In this document: positions 1-12,103 of the stretch, piece by piece
How the letters are laid out: the number at the start of each line of letters is the position of its first letter
How positions within the stretch are numbered: position 1 is the stretch's first letter
NCBI RefSeq assembly: GCF_964355755.1
Contig: NC_092676.1
Span: 14,960,871-15,024,870, forward strand
Length of the DNA stretch: 64,000 nt
Origin: Antedon mediterranea
Taxonomy: Eukaryota > Animalia > Echinodermata
Reading direction: 5' to 3'
Program-made: the position numbers and the translations under genes
Notes under the pieces: generated by a model
The model's input: only the letters and a program-made list of their open reading frames with translations
The model's database searches: none
Told to the model about the DNA's origin: nothing

Positions 1-780
1 TGTGAAAATGGATTAAAGGAATAAAAAACAATCAAATGAAAACAATGGCAAAGGAACTTGATTGTGCTACTATACAGTTTGAAAATAATGTAAAAATAAT
101 AGATGCAGGAGAAAAATATCACGATACACACCAAGAAATGTCAACAAAAGGAAGAATTAAAACCATCTATAGCACATTGGCCTCTGATATGATATCAATG
201 AGTTAAAAGCTGAACAGGTACAGATTAAATCAAAGTAATTGGAAGCAATAACAAGGGAGAAGTGAAACAATGCAAACTAGCACGTTTACAAGGATTAAAG
301 GAAGGAGGTTAAAGGGGGAAAAAGTTGTAAGAGCTGTGGTGCAGTAATGAAAACAAAATATAATGGAATTCTTCTTTGACATGCCTCAAATCTTGAGCAA
401 GCAAACTTGAAGAAATGTCGAAGAAGTGAAAAAACAGAGTGATGAAGACATAATATGAACATGGACATTACAATGATAAAATAGTTAAATTATGGATTTA
501 TTAAACAACAACAACAAAGTATATTGTTGGAGCTAGAAATGCTATAAACTACATGTGTTTCACAACTTGGAAGCTTGGAGGCAGAGCCATTGTCAAAAAT
601 ACACATGGATTAGTTGTCATCCTCGCAAGAACTGCTTGACAAATCCAATCATACATTACATCTAGATGGAACGTCTAAAAAGGAGAAAACTATGGCACAG
701 TTGGAATTGTCACGATTCGAACATCTACCAAAAGTTATGGGAAACTGGGAACAATGATGGCAAATCAACAGATGAATTAA
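1..780 (+). mobile_element. Decayed DNA-transposon (DDE transposase-like) coding remnant, probably continuing at about 2980-3400 beyond the LINE insertion
   Basis: A broken frame contains NHTLHLDGTSKK (about 646-680), resembling a first catalytic-Asp strand. After the LINE, GKCVEHLYEDEITKEQK (about 3216-3266) resembles the C-terminal part of such proteins. Many stops and frameshifts; family not assignable by eye. Confidence 0.3.
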
Positions 781-2975
781 TTATTTAATCTTTCTTTATT
801 CTGAAATACACTTTCAATACAATGTACTGATTTCCAAAGTGGTTCAGTTCTTAACTACATAAATGTAAACAAAATACAGTATATAAATGGATAAAAGAAA
901 ATATAAAATTAAACCTAAAATTATCAAAATCAAATTAAAACAATTAAAGTAAGCACATTTAAAGGTTAAAACATAAATAATTGAGATTTTGAAACAAGAT
1001 AAAAGAAGTTTTAATCATTGAGCATTAATTAGATTTAGTTTTGAATTAAAATTAAAGTTTTGAAATTTGTGATTTGAAAGTTGATACTGTCATATCATAA
1101 AGATCATTTTTTATTTTGTTAGGTAGAAAGTTCCATAATTTTGTAGATCTGTAATTAAAAGTTCTTTTACCTTGAGTATTATTCCATTTAGGTATTATCA
1201 AAGTGTTGTTACTTTGACTTCGTGTACCTTTATTGTGACAATCTTCAGTAAATATAAATTGAGTTGATAAATAGGGTGGTGCATGTCCATTTAGGCACTT
1301 GAAAAGTAATATTAGAATATGTTCATTCCATTTGTCCTTTAGTGTACTCCAACCAAGTGAGTTTAGGATATCACTAACATGAGTTTTGACATCTACAGAT
1401 AATAATATTCTACCTAATCTATTTAATAAAATTTGAAGAGAATCTGAAAAGTTTACTTTACAATTTGACCAGACACAACTACAATAATCAAATAAAGGAA
1501 TAACTAGTGCATTGGCTAACATTTTCAGAGTGTTTGATGGAATAAAATATTTTATACGACGAATAACACCAATGCGTTTGGTAACTTTTGATGAAAGGCT
1601 ATCAATATGATCAGCCCATGTTAGTTGAGTGTCAAAAGTTACACCTAAATATTTAAAAGAATTTACTCTCTCAATAATATGGTTATTAAAAGAAACAGAG
1701 ATATTTTTAAACTTACTATACATGTGAGTAGTACTAAAAACCATAAGCTTTGTCTTTTTAATATTTAATGTTAGTTGGTTATCATTAAGCCATTGAGTAA
1801 CTTGATTAAAATTTACATCTATTTCAATTTGAAGCCTAAGTGGGTCAGATGAACTACATAAAAGTGTGGTATCATCAGCATACATGACACATTTACATGA
1901 TAAAGAATTAGGAAGTGAGTTAACATATAAAATAAAAAGCAATGGTCCTAATATTGAACCTTGAGGAACTCCGATATTTACATTCAGTGATTCAGATTTA
2001 CATGAATTAATACTAACAATTTGAGATCTTTGACTAAGATATGATTTAAACCATTTAAGCTCGGTACTATTTATTCCAAAACCCCTTAATTTATTAAGCA
2101 ATATTTGATGATTTACCGTATCAAAGGCCTTTTTTAGGTCCAGGAATATAGCAGCTGTTGAAATACCTTTATCAAAATTATTTAAAATATAGTCTGTAAC
2201 ATCTAAGAGAGTGGTTTGGGTAGAGTGATTTTTTCTGAAACCTGATTGAGAAGGATTTAGAAGGTCATGAGATCTTAAATAATGATATAATTGGTCATGA
2301 ACAGCACGTTCTATTATTTTTTAGACCAAAGGTAAAACAGAAATTGGTCGATAATTACTTGGATCTGATTTATCTCCTTCTTTATATATGGGCGTCACTT
2401 TTGCTTGTTTCCATTCATATGGAAAAATTGATGTAAACAATGATATATTACAAATGTAGCAAAGTGAATCACATATTATTGGCGCTGCTAATTTTAAAAG
2501 TTTACAATTTATATTATCAATTCCGGTGGCTTTATTACTGGAAAATTTGCATATTTCATCAAAAATATAGTCAGATGTAAGATAATCAAATTTAAATTTA
2601 TCTACAAGAGTGTAATCTGTTGTCTTATTTATATTAGTATTTAAAAATTTACTTGCTAAAGAATTTCCTATTGACGTAAAATGAATATTTAATTCATTTG
2701 CTGTGTCCTTATCCGTAGTTGTATAATTTTCATTTTTATAAACTCTATTTACAGTTGATTTTGGTTTTGGAATTAGTTTATTTATGGTGTTCCATAGTTT
2801 TTTGGGGTTTTTAGTATTTTCTTTGATGGTGTTAGTACAATATTTCTTTTTTAGGTTCCTGTTGAGATTGTTCACTTTGTTTCTTATTTGTTTAGCTGTG
2901 TCCCAATCTTTAGAATCATTATTTTATGAGCCTTTTTATAATAATAATCCCTGTCTTTAGTTAATGTTGAAAGTA
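781..2975 (-). mobile_element. 5'-truncated non-LTR retrotransposon (L2/Crack/CR1-group LINE) ORF2 reverse transcriptase, inactivated
   Basis: ORFs 2321-2875 and 1052-2101 are in one frame, separated by an in-frame TAA (PLV*KIIERAVH). Motifs: KATGIDNI, WKQAKVTPIYK, NYRPISVL, GVPQGSILGPLLF, YADD, FKYLGV. AT-rich 3' tail at about 781-1050. Lies upstream of the first visible SLCO exon, probably in an SLCO intron. Confidence 0.93.
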
Positions 2976-3559
2976 ATCATTCACCACAACCATTATACAG
3001 GCTCTGCTGAAGAATCTACACCGCATCCACTTTCTCTGCAAATAATTTCCGACGAAAGACAAAAACTGTGAACAAAATCTAAATACTGTACAAACCAAAT
3101 ATGACACAATTTAACTTCTCGCTACAAAATATGGCAACAAGAATCATAAAAACATCTGAACTCTCCATCGAAATGTAAATGTGCATCAAATATTCCCATT
3201 CCAGCTTTTTTTTTTGGAAAGTGTGTGGAGCATTTATACGAGGACGAAATTACAAAGGAGCAGAAGAGTGGTATGTCGGAACAAACAATTAACTGAACGT
3301 CCACAAACCTGACATATAAATATTATACAAATAAAGATTCCTCTATATTAATCTGTAATCAAGTTAGGAATAATTTAGGTATTTTATATTTAACAATTTT
3401 TACAAAACACTACATATGAAACTTCAACACGCTGTGTGTCTAAGTGCGTAAAAGCTGATAGGCTCTGCATGAAAATATCATTCGCGTAAAACATGCCTCC
3501 TGTACATGTATGTGAAAATATTTCATGCCATAAGTATCAAAGGGCAAAACCTTATGTTT

Positions 3560-3945
3560 TCGGTTATTTTTGAACAAAATGATCAAAAACAGTAAATATA
3601 AATATGTATGTTATGAACATTTTGACACCAATATCAAGGTTCTATGATTTTTAGTTACGTAGATATGAACATTTTTTTATGCCATATATGGGTCAAAGGT
3701 CAAAAAATAGAATTTCCGGTCATGTTTTAACAAAATGTTTAAAAGGGGTAAATATAAATATGTATGTTCTGAACATTTTGACACCAATATCAAGACTCTG
3801 TGATTTGCAGTTACGTAGATATATAAACGTCATGCCATATATGTCAAAGGTCACAAAATGAAATTTCCGGTCATGTTTCAACAAAATGTTCAAAAAGTGT
3901 AAATATAAACATATATATTTTGAACAATTTGACACCAAATACAGC
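3560..3945. repeat. Degenerate tandem repeat of about 155 bp (about 2.5 copies), probably transposon-subterminal
   Basis: AAATATAAATATGTATGTTxTGAACATTTTGACACCAATATCAAG recurs at about 3594, about 3749 and (degenerate) about 3901. Confidence 0.7.
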
Positions 3946-4509
3946 TGTCTACTACAAGCGGTTACCGATTTTCAAAAATTGGCGGCCATCTTTTTTAACG
4001 TCAAATTTTGAACCTTTGCGGTAGTCCGATTTTGGTAAACTTTTGATATATGCTTTTTGAGACCATTTTTTATTGTAATTCATCAAAAAACATTTTCTTG
4101 CAATTTTGTTGGGGTTAGGCCCTATATTTTCAGATTTTGACCCGACTATATAGGGCTCTATCACTTACCTTTACACTAACTGAAAAGTGATATTTACAGC
4201 CATTCTACCCTAAAACAAAGGATAATGCCTATAGTGTCAGGAGAGGTGGTACAATCCATGAAAAAAAGTTGCTGTCAGAAGATGCGATATAGGCCTAATA
4301 TGACATGCTACTGTAATATGACCAATGATGTATCGGGTGGTGATCTTTGTAAGAATGGTTTGCAACGCGAGTCCGTGTAAATATTGGATTTGACGTTTGA
4401 AAAAAAACAACAACCTGAAGTAATTGGATGTTTTATATTCGTTGTCTTCTTTTTAACTCGGCTTTATCTCTCATTGTTTGTATAATATTCAATTACTATT
4501 TTTACATAG

Positions 4510-7375
4510 GTCTAGTTCCAGTGCCAGCTATTGGCATAGGCTGTATTATAGGCGGACTTTTGTTTAAGCGTTTGAATCTTAATTTAGCAGGCTCTGCATT
4601 ACTTACTGCCATTCTTAGTGGGACTACACTTTTGGGACATATTATTCTATTTAATCTTGGCTGCCAGGGTCAACAAATAGTTACTAACACAAATGTGTAA
4701 GTATATTCATTCAATATCTTTAACTTTAAAATCTGCCCTGTTTCGGAAACGAAACAAGATAGAGAAAGAGAATTAAAAGAGAGCTGACGGGCTTAATTTG
4801 AAAAACCCAAATACACGCACTTATATCATATCTTGTGAAAAATAAATTAGGCCTACATAAACATCTAATCCACAATTTATGAAATTGGGAGTACTTGGGT
4901 ACCAGTAATTATAGGCTAAAATGGAGTCAAAATACGCTCAGATTCTACAAATATATTGTGTAATCTACGCTTTACTTAACCGTTATACGATCCTGTAAAA
5001 TGTAATTAGACTTACATGAAAATCTACGAATCTGAAATTATGAAAATAGGAGTGTGTTAATTTAAATAGTTATACTATATGATCGGCTGAAATGCAGTCA
5101 AAATACTTTCAGACTTGCAAAAATATTAATTAATTAACATATTAAACGTTAATTTTAATGAATAGTGATAATGCCTAGGCCTCAGTGTTACGCTGATAAT
5201 CTAACACGATCTATTATTCAGTTTAAATTAATTAGGCCTAGACCTAAGTATTCACGTGAAATAAAAAGTTTCAATCTGAATAGTTATATTATTCCAAATT
5301 GTTGGCGATTTTGGACTTCGAGTTTTTTTTCCCGTTATTTTAAACGCGATGTAAACTGTAAATATAAAATTAAATAAAGTCAGTAAACTGATAAAAATAA
5401 GTAAAGTCGGTAAACTGATCTAGCGGATGCAACACTCGCTTGATGCTTCTGCTTATATTTTAGTTTGCCTTTCACAGAAATGGAACTAATGTGTTATGTG
5501 AAGAGTGTGATTGTAGTAATACTCAATATAATCCAGTTTGTGGTGCAGATAATATTACATACTATTCACCATGCCAAGCTGGATGTAGACAGTACAACCC
5601 TCAGGTAAAGTAATAATTATTTTCTTCTTTTAACGCTTGATGAAATTCAACTTTATTTTCCTATGGCTAGGAAAAGTTTTTACTTACCACCTACCTCGCT
5701 ATAACCTTGATTTAATATGCTTCTTCCAAACGTAACAACACTCCTTCGATCAATTCATTCGAACCCGGACCTTCTGCTTGATATGCAGATGTCACCATTT
5801 CATGGTATTGTTCAAATCTGATTGGATAGCGACTCTTTAACATTCTCGGCGTGGTAAGGCGGAACAGCACTAGTACCTTTGTTCGCACGCGCGCACTAGA
5901 AATCAAATTGATACGCCCTCATCTTTCAATATTTTGTTCACGAAGTGGGATCTCCGAAGAGATACTTTTATATATGTAAACACAACAGGCAAAGAACATT
6001 CTAAACCTCCCGGTGATATACTGAAAATGTATTAATTAATTTGAAACGATAAGATTAGGAAATCTGTTAGCATAAGATAAATTCAGAGTTATTTTATATC
6101 AAATGTTTATTGATTTAAGGAGAGACACATAACAATTGTATTTTAACCATAATTTGCGTATCAATAGTTCTTACTTGAAAACAGATTATCTGAAGATACC
6201 AGATATTGTTCTTGTTCTTTTTCAGGAATCCGAGTATACTGATTGTTTTTGTTTAAGTGGTAACCCAAGCAAGTGGACAGCCATTGAAGGAGTGTGCAGT
6301 GGCGCAGTGTATTGTAGTTCTCTTGTTCCATTTCTTATATGTCTGTTTTTTGTAATTTGTGTTGCCAGCATGGAAGTAGCCCCGCAACATATTCTAGCAA
6401 TGAGGTTTGTTTTAAAGACGTATTCATTCATTTCAAATGTATCTATAGTACAGAGAAAATATTGCAGACATGCTTGATAATACTATCAAAAAGAGTACAT
6501 GGTTATTTCATATAATCAATAATTATATACCTTTATTTCGGTAGGCCTAACAGTATTGCTTACAATTTAAACTATAGGTAGAATAATACTTTTTATAATT
6601 AAATAAATGTTCGTTTTTATATTACAGATCTGTAGATAAAGAAGATAAAGCGATGGGATTGGGTTTTAAACATGTTGGTACAAGACTATTTGGTTAGCAT
6701 TCATTAAGCTGTAATGTATAATGTACCTGTAGTGCAAGTAATTGAAGTGGAGTTGGAGTGGAATGGCTTTGTGGTTATGATGGGTCCTGAGTTCAAAGTC
6801 AGGATTTTTTATGACAAATCACAAATTATAACTCCACTCCCAAAGACTTGCTTATTTATTTATGTAGAGCACCTTGTGTATATGTTTCTCTCTTGTGAAC
6901 AGATGCCACCTTGAAAGACGGTGAATGAATTCGCTTATGATTATCCTTGGCAATTTACCTATATAAAAAAAAGTTCAACGACTTAATCTTACTACCCTAC
7001 ATCTGATATTTATGTGAGGCTTTTTGTTTTCAATGCCTAACGATAATTATTCTTGATTGTTTTAATTTTATGAATTTAGGTATGATACCGGCTCCTGTTG
7101 TGTATGGTGCTGTCATCGATATGACGTGTAAGTCATTCAGTTCAGTTTGTGATCAGACAGGAACATGTGCCCAGTATGATAACCGTTTATTTAGACAAGC
7201 ATACTTTGGTGTATGCATTGCTTTAAATGCAATATCATTTACTTTATTTGTTGTAACGTGGATGCTCCTGCGTCGTCGTATTCCAGAAACTCCAATGAAT
7301 GAATCAACGAATGGGTATACTCGCCAGTCACAGAATGGATGTGAAAGTTTTGAACTTGAGCATGTAGAGCACTGA
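4510..7375 (+). CDS. Solute carrier organic anion transporter (SLCO/OATP family), 3' part; gene starts upstream of the window
   Basis: Phase-consistent GT-AG exons: 4510-4696 (GLVPVPAIGIGCIIGGLLFKRL..LFNLGC), 5478-5604 (Kazal-like CEECDCSNTQYNPVCGADNITYYSPCQAGC), 6226-6404 (YTDCFCL..GVC..ILAMR), 6628-6692 (SVDKEDKAMGLG) and 7080-7375 (GMIPAPVVYGAVIDMTC..GTCAQYDN, stop TGA). These are OATP hallmarks. AATAAA at about 7936. Confidence 0.93.
5745..6070 (-). repeat. Dispersed repeat with tRNA-derived segment (related copies at about 13205-13320, 13890-14200, 16375-16540, 59140-59320)
   Basis: Shared blocks: CGAACCCGGACCTTCTGCTTGATATGCAGATG, ATCAAATTGATAC.CCCTC and TTCTAAACC.CCCGGTGATATACTGAAA..TTAATTTGAAACG. 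Confidence 0.75.
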
Positions 7376-9149
7376 GGCTGTTAACTTGTTATTTTGTGCT
7401 ATTAGTTTTTAAGTATACAAACTTTTACTTTCTAATCATATTATACTTGGGTGTTTCAAACTTCTATAATATATATAACTGTTTATAGGCCTACTAATTG
7501 AATCATACAGTATCATCATACATGGGTGTCTGACATTCAAAAACTGATAAATCTCTCGGTTCATATGCAGTTCAGTATCATCACATTGAAATACAGACAA
7601 AACATTACACGGACCAGGCTACTTTAGCGTTACGTTTGGCATCCACTGAATCAGTGGATGACCTATCCCCTCAACATGTCAATTGTGGTATAAGTTGACA
7701 GGAATAATACTCTGTGGTGTAATAAAAATGCCAGCGTGTTTATTTAAGACTGCAAGTGTTAAGAATAACTTGCTGTCCATTTTCAACTTCCTCTTACCAA
7801 TGACCAATAGCAAACAGGCACTGCTTGTCAATCAGGTCCTCACTGACTGGGTATTAACCAATCAATTTACTATTAGATAGGTCACTGATTTTATAAAATA
7901 GTTTGCGGGAAATTTGATTTCTGACCTTGTACAGGAATAAATACTTTAGTGGTTGTTTATAATAATAATCTAAATATTTCTCAATGCTGCTTTATGCAAA
8001 GCAATTTAACTAGAACTACAGACACATTAAATAAATACTTTTAAACATGAACAATAGTTTTGTTAGGGAATTGGGATGGCCGTGTGATATTCAATTTATT
8101 AAATTTAATGGGAAAGTATATATCTTTCACATTTTTGGGAACAAAATGGATTGATAGTCAATCATGAGTACTTCCGAACAGTGCTATAAATGTATCACGA
8201 AAGCATATTAGTGTTTCATGTTTTATTCCCCTGTTGTTGGCTGGTGGACATCTTGTAGACAATGTACAGCAGCAACAAACATACATAATTGATACAAATA
8301 AACACAATTTAAATTTGATAACTCTACGCGATTTTATACGAGATAAATGCGTAGACTCGGTCATCAATGACCGTCTACTTGATAATATAAACGACGAGCC
8401 CGTGGAAGAAAATGTAGCCTACAACAGAACTATTAGAAAGAATTAATCGCAAAAGGGTTAGGCCTAAGCCAGATATACCACGGAGTTCAAATATCCCCCG
8501 CCATTCCTCTTGATGGATTGAGGCGGCAGGCATCAAAGCGATTTTAAAATTGAATGGAAGCGCATCGAAAATAAATAAAAGATCTTTCTCGGAAGATTCA
8601 TTGTGGAGGAAAATCTGACTTGCTGCATGCGTTTGCATGGTAGGTAGAAATCAACGTGCCGATAAAAATAAAATAATTAACAAATTCTTATCAGATAGAT
8701 CTACGTAAACGTGTGAAGTAGGACTAAAGAGGTCTTATTTACAGTATATCAGTAGGCCTAATTATATATTCGTATAAAATATCCTAATTTCCACAACTCA
8801 GGATTATGTCCATAATGATATCAATAATAAGAATCTGTTATAGGCCTATGCGTAATTTTTTTTAATTAAGCCACTAATTTTTCATTATCATACATTAAAT
8901 TCAATTATACCATACACAATTCAGTGATTATTTTACAATTATTTTCTCATTTTCCCAATTGTCTTTTCTCTTACAGGTAATAACGTGGTACGTGCTTCAT
9001 GATTGATGGTAAAATTAATTTATACCTGTAACAATAGATTATGGCAAGGCGTTTCGGACCGGACGGAGTAGGCCTACTCCTTTAAAGTTGTCATCGGAGG
9101 AGAAGATTAGGTGGAAGAAATGCTTTCCATGGACTGCACCAGAAGTAAT

Positions 9150-10095
9150 TTCTTATGTAATAACGTTAGATCATGAATAATTAAAAATTGAATGAACCCA
9201 CATAAGAAAAAAAAAGTTAAATGAAATGGGTTATACTGTAGATGCAAAAAAGGATAATCTGTTGGAAATAAAGTTTGTAAACATTTAAAGATCAAAAAAA
9301 TCAATGTTAAAGGATGAGGAAAATATAATGTTAACAGTAAAAAGTTAGTAAGTAATTATTATAACAGAGAATATGCATTGTTTAAATGAAAATATGTTTG
9401 CATAGATAAATCCAAAGAAAAATAAAATGGGACAAACCCATGGGATGGATTTAGTAAACATAAACGTATTATAATTGTATGAAATAAATATGCATGTAGA
9501 TGAAAAAAAACAACTATGTAAGAAAAAATAAGCTTTGTTAATGAAAATGTGTAATAGATAATAATTATGTATAAAAAGAGGAAACTATGTAATCAATGTG
9601 GTTAAATGATAATGTATGTATAAACAAAATGATATGTGGAAATAGTTTTTTTAAAGAAAATAAGTTAAAAAAAAGTGGAATGAATCCACATAAGAGAAGA
9701 AAGTAAAAAAGTTAAATGAAAATTTAAGAAGTTATAGTGCAAAAAAAGGATAATCTGCTGGAAATAAAAGTTTTGTAAACATTAAAGAACAAAAATATTA
9801 ATATTAATGTTAAAGGATGAGAACAATATCATGTTAACAGTAAACATTTAGTAAGTAATGAGTATAACAGAGAATATGCATAAATTGTAGCTTTGTTTTC
9901 TTTTATTTATTATTAGTTTATGTATATATATGTATTTTTTTTTTTCGTATTCGTATTTAATGTTATATTTCGTGGTGGGTCAAACTTACTGACTGACTTA
10001 TTATGACTCTCTCCCCACATGATTACTTCATTGCATTTATTATCCTGTATGTATGTTGTTATATTGAGGAAATAAAATTAAATTGAAAATGAAAT
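9150..10095 (+). repeat. AT-rich segment with an internal direct duplication (about 9165-9380 vs 9675-9880) ending in a LINE-like tail
   Basis: Duplicated AAAAAAGGATAATCTG.TGGAAATAAA and TGTTAAAGGATGAG..AATAT.ATGTTAACAGTAAA. Ends GAAATAAAATTAAATTGAAAATGAAATT. Confidence 0.5.
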
Positions 10096-10212
10096 TATAT
10101 TTATTTGCAATTATCACGTATTTTGTTCTATTTTGCATTGTATAAAATTGTTATAAAACGTTTCTGGGTACAACACTTGTAAAAAAAAATTGTTTTGTAC
10201 AAAAACATTGAC

Positions 10213-10892
10213 TGGGTACAAAAACGGTGGCAGGGTATAAAAACAGTGGCAGGGTACACAAACAGCGACAGGGTACAAAAACGGTGGCAGGGTACAAAAT
10301 CGATGGCAGCTGGGTACAAAAACAGTAGCAGGGTACAAAAACAGTAGCAGGCTACAACAACAGTAGCAGGGTACAAAAACAGTAGCAGGGTACAAAAACA
10401 GTGGCAGGGTACAAAAACGGTGACAGGGTACAAAATAGATGGCAGCTGGGTACAAAAACAGTAACAGGGTACAACAACAGTGGCAGCGTACAAAAACGGT
10501 GGCAGGGTACAAAAACGATGGCAGATGGGTACAAAAACGATGGCAGATGGGTACAAAAACAGTGGCAGGGTACAAAAACGGTGGCAGGGTACAAAAACGG
10601 TGGCAGGGTACTAAAACGATGGCAGCTGGGTACAAAAAAAGTGGCAGGGTACAAAAACAGTGGCAGGGTACAAAAACAGTGGCAGGGTACAACATCGATG
10701 GCAGTTGGGTACAAAAAAATGAGCAGGGTACAAAAACAGTGGAGGGTACAAAAACGGTGGCAGGGTACAAAAACGGTGGCAGGGTACAAAAACGATGGCA
10801 GAGTACAAAAACGATGGCAGCTGGGTACAAAAACAGTGGCAGGGTACAAAAACGGTGGCAGGGTACAAAAACGGTGGCAGTGTACAAAAACA
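10213..10892. repeat. Minisatellite, 19-bp unit GGCAGGGTACAAAAACRGT with 22-bp GGCAGCTGGGTAC variants (block 1)
   Basis: Directly visible tandem array. Overlapping ORFs in all frames on both strands are artefacts. Confidence 0.95.
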
Positions 10893-11076
10893 GCGTCACT
10901 AATTTTATACAATAGTTCGCGGGAAATCTGATTGCTGACCTTATACAGGAATAAATACTTAGTGGTTGTGATATTCCATTTATTTAATTTAATGGGAAAG
11001 TATATCTTTCACAAAATGACTTAAAATATCTTTGTATGTCAGGCAGTGTTTAAAAGGCTGGAAGGCCCTGGTGGAA

Positions 11077-12103
11077 GGGTACAAACAGTGGCAGGGTACA
11101 AAAACGATGGCAGCTGGGTACAAAAAAAGTGGCAGGGTACAAAAACAGTGGCAGGGTACAACATTGATGGCAGTTGGGTACAAAAAATGAGCAGGGTACA
11201 AAAACAGTGGAGGGTACAAAAACGGTGGCAGGGTATAAAAACGATAGCAGCTCGGTACAAAAACAGTGGCAGGGTACAAAAACGGTGGCAGGATACAAAA
11301 ACGGTGGCAGGGTACAAAAACGGTGGCAGGGTACAAAAACGATGGCAGGGTACAAAACCGATGGCAGCTGGGTACAAAAACAGCCGCAGGGTACATAAAC
11401 AGTGGCAGGGTACAAAAACGGTGGCAGGGTACAAAAAAGTGGCAGGGTACAAAAACGGTGGCAGTACAAAATCGATGGCAGCTGGGTACAAAAACGGTGG
11501 CAGGGTACAAAAACGATGGCAGATGGGTACAAAAACAGTGGCAAGGTACAAAAATAGTGGCAGGGTACAAAAACGGTGACATGGTACAAAAACGGTATCA
11601 GGGTACAAAAACAGAGACAGGGTATGACAAGCAGTGGTCTATGGTACAAAAACTTGTGTTGTATACAAAGTGTCTGGGAAAAAAGACGATGACAGTGGTA
11701 CAAAAACGGTGGCAGGGATACAAAAACGGTGGCAGGATAAAAAAACGGTGGCAGGGTACAAAAACAGTGGCAGGGTACAAAAACAGTCGCAGGGTACAAA
11801 AACGGTGGCAGGGTATAAAAACAGTGGCAGGGTACAAACACGATGGCAGCTGGGTACAAAAACTGGGGCATGGTACAAAAACAGTAGCAGGGTACAAAAA
11901 CGGTGGCAGGGTACAAAAACAGTAGCAGGGAACAAAAACGGTGTCAGGGTACAAAACAGTGATCTAGGATACAAAAACTTGTGTTGTATACAAAGTTTCT
12001 GGGAAAAAATAAGATTGCAGGGATACAAAAACGGTGGCAGGGATACAAAACAGTGGCAGGGTACACAAAATTGTGTTGTACTAAAACAGTGGCAGGGTAA
12101 AAA
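11077..12103. repeat. Minisatellite, same 19/22-bp family (block 2)
   Basis: Directly visible tandem array, more degenerate towards 12100. Confidence 0.95.
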
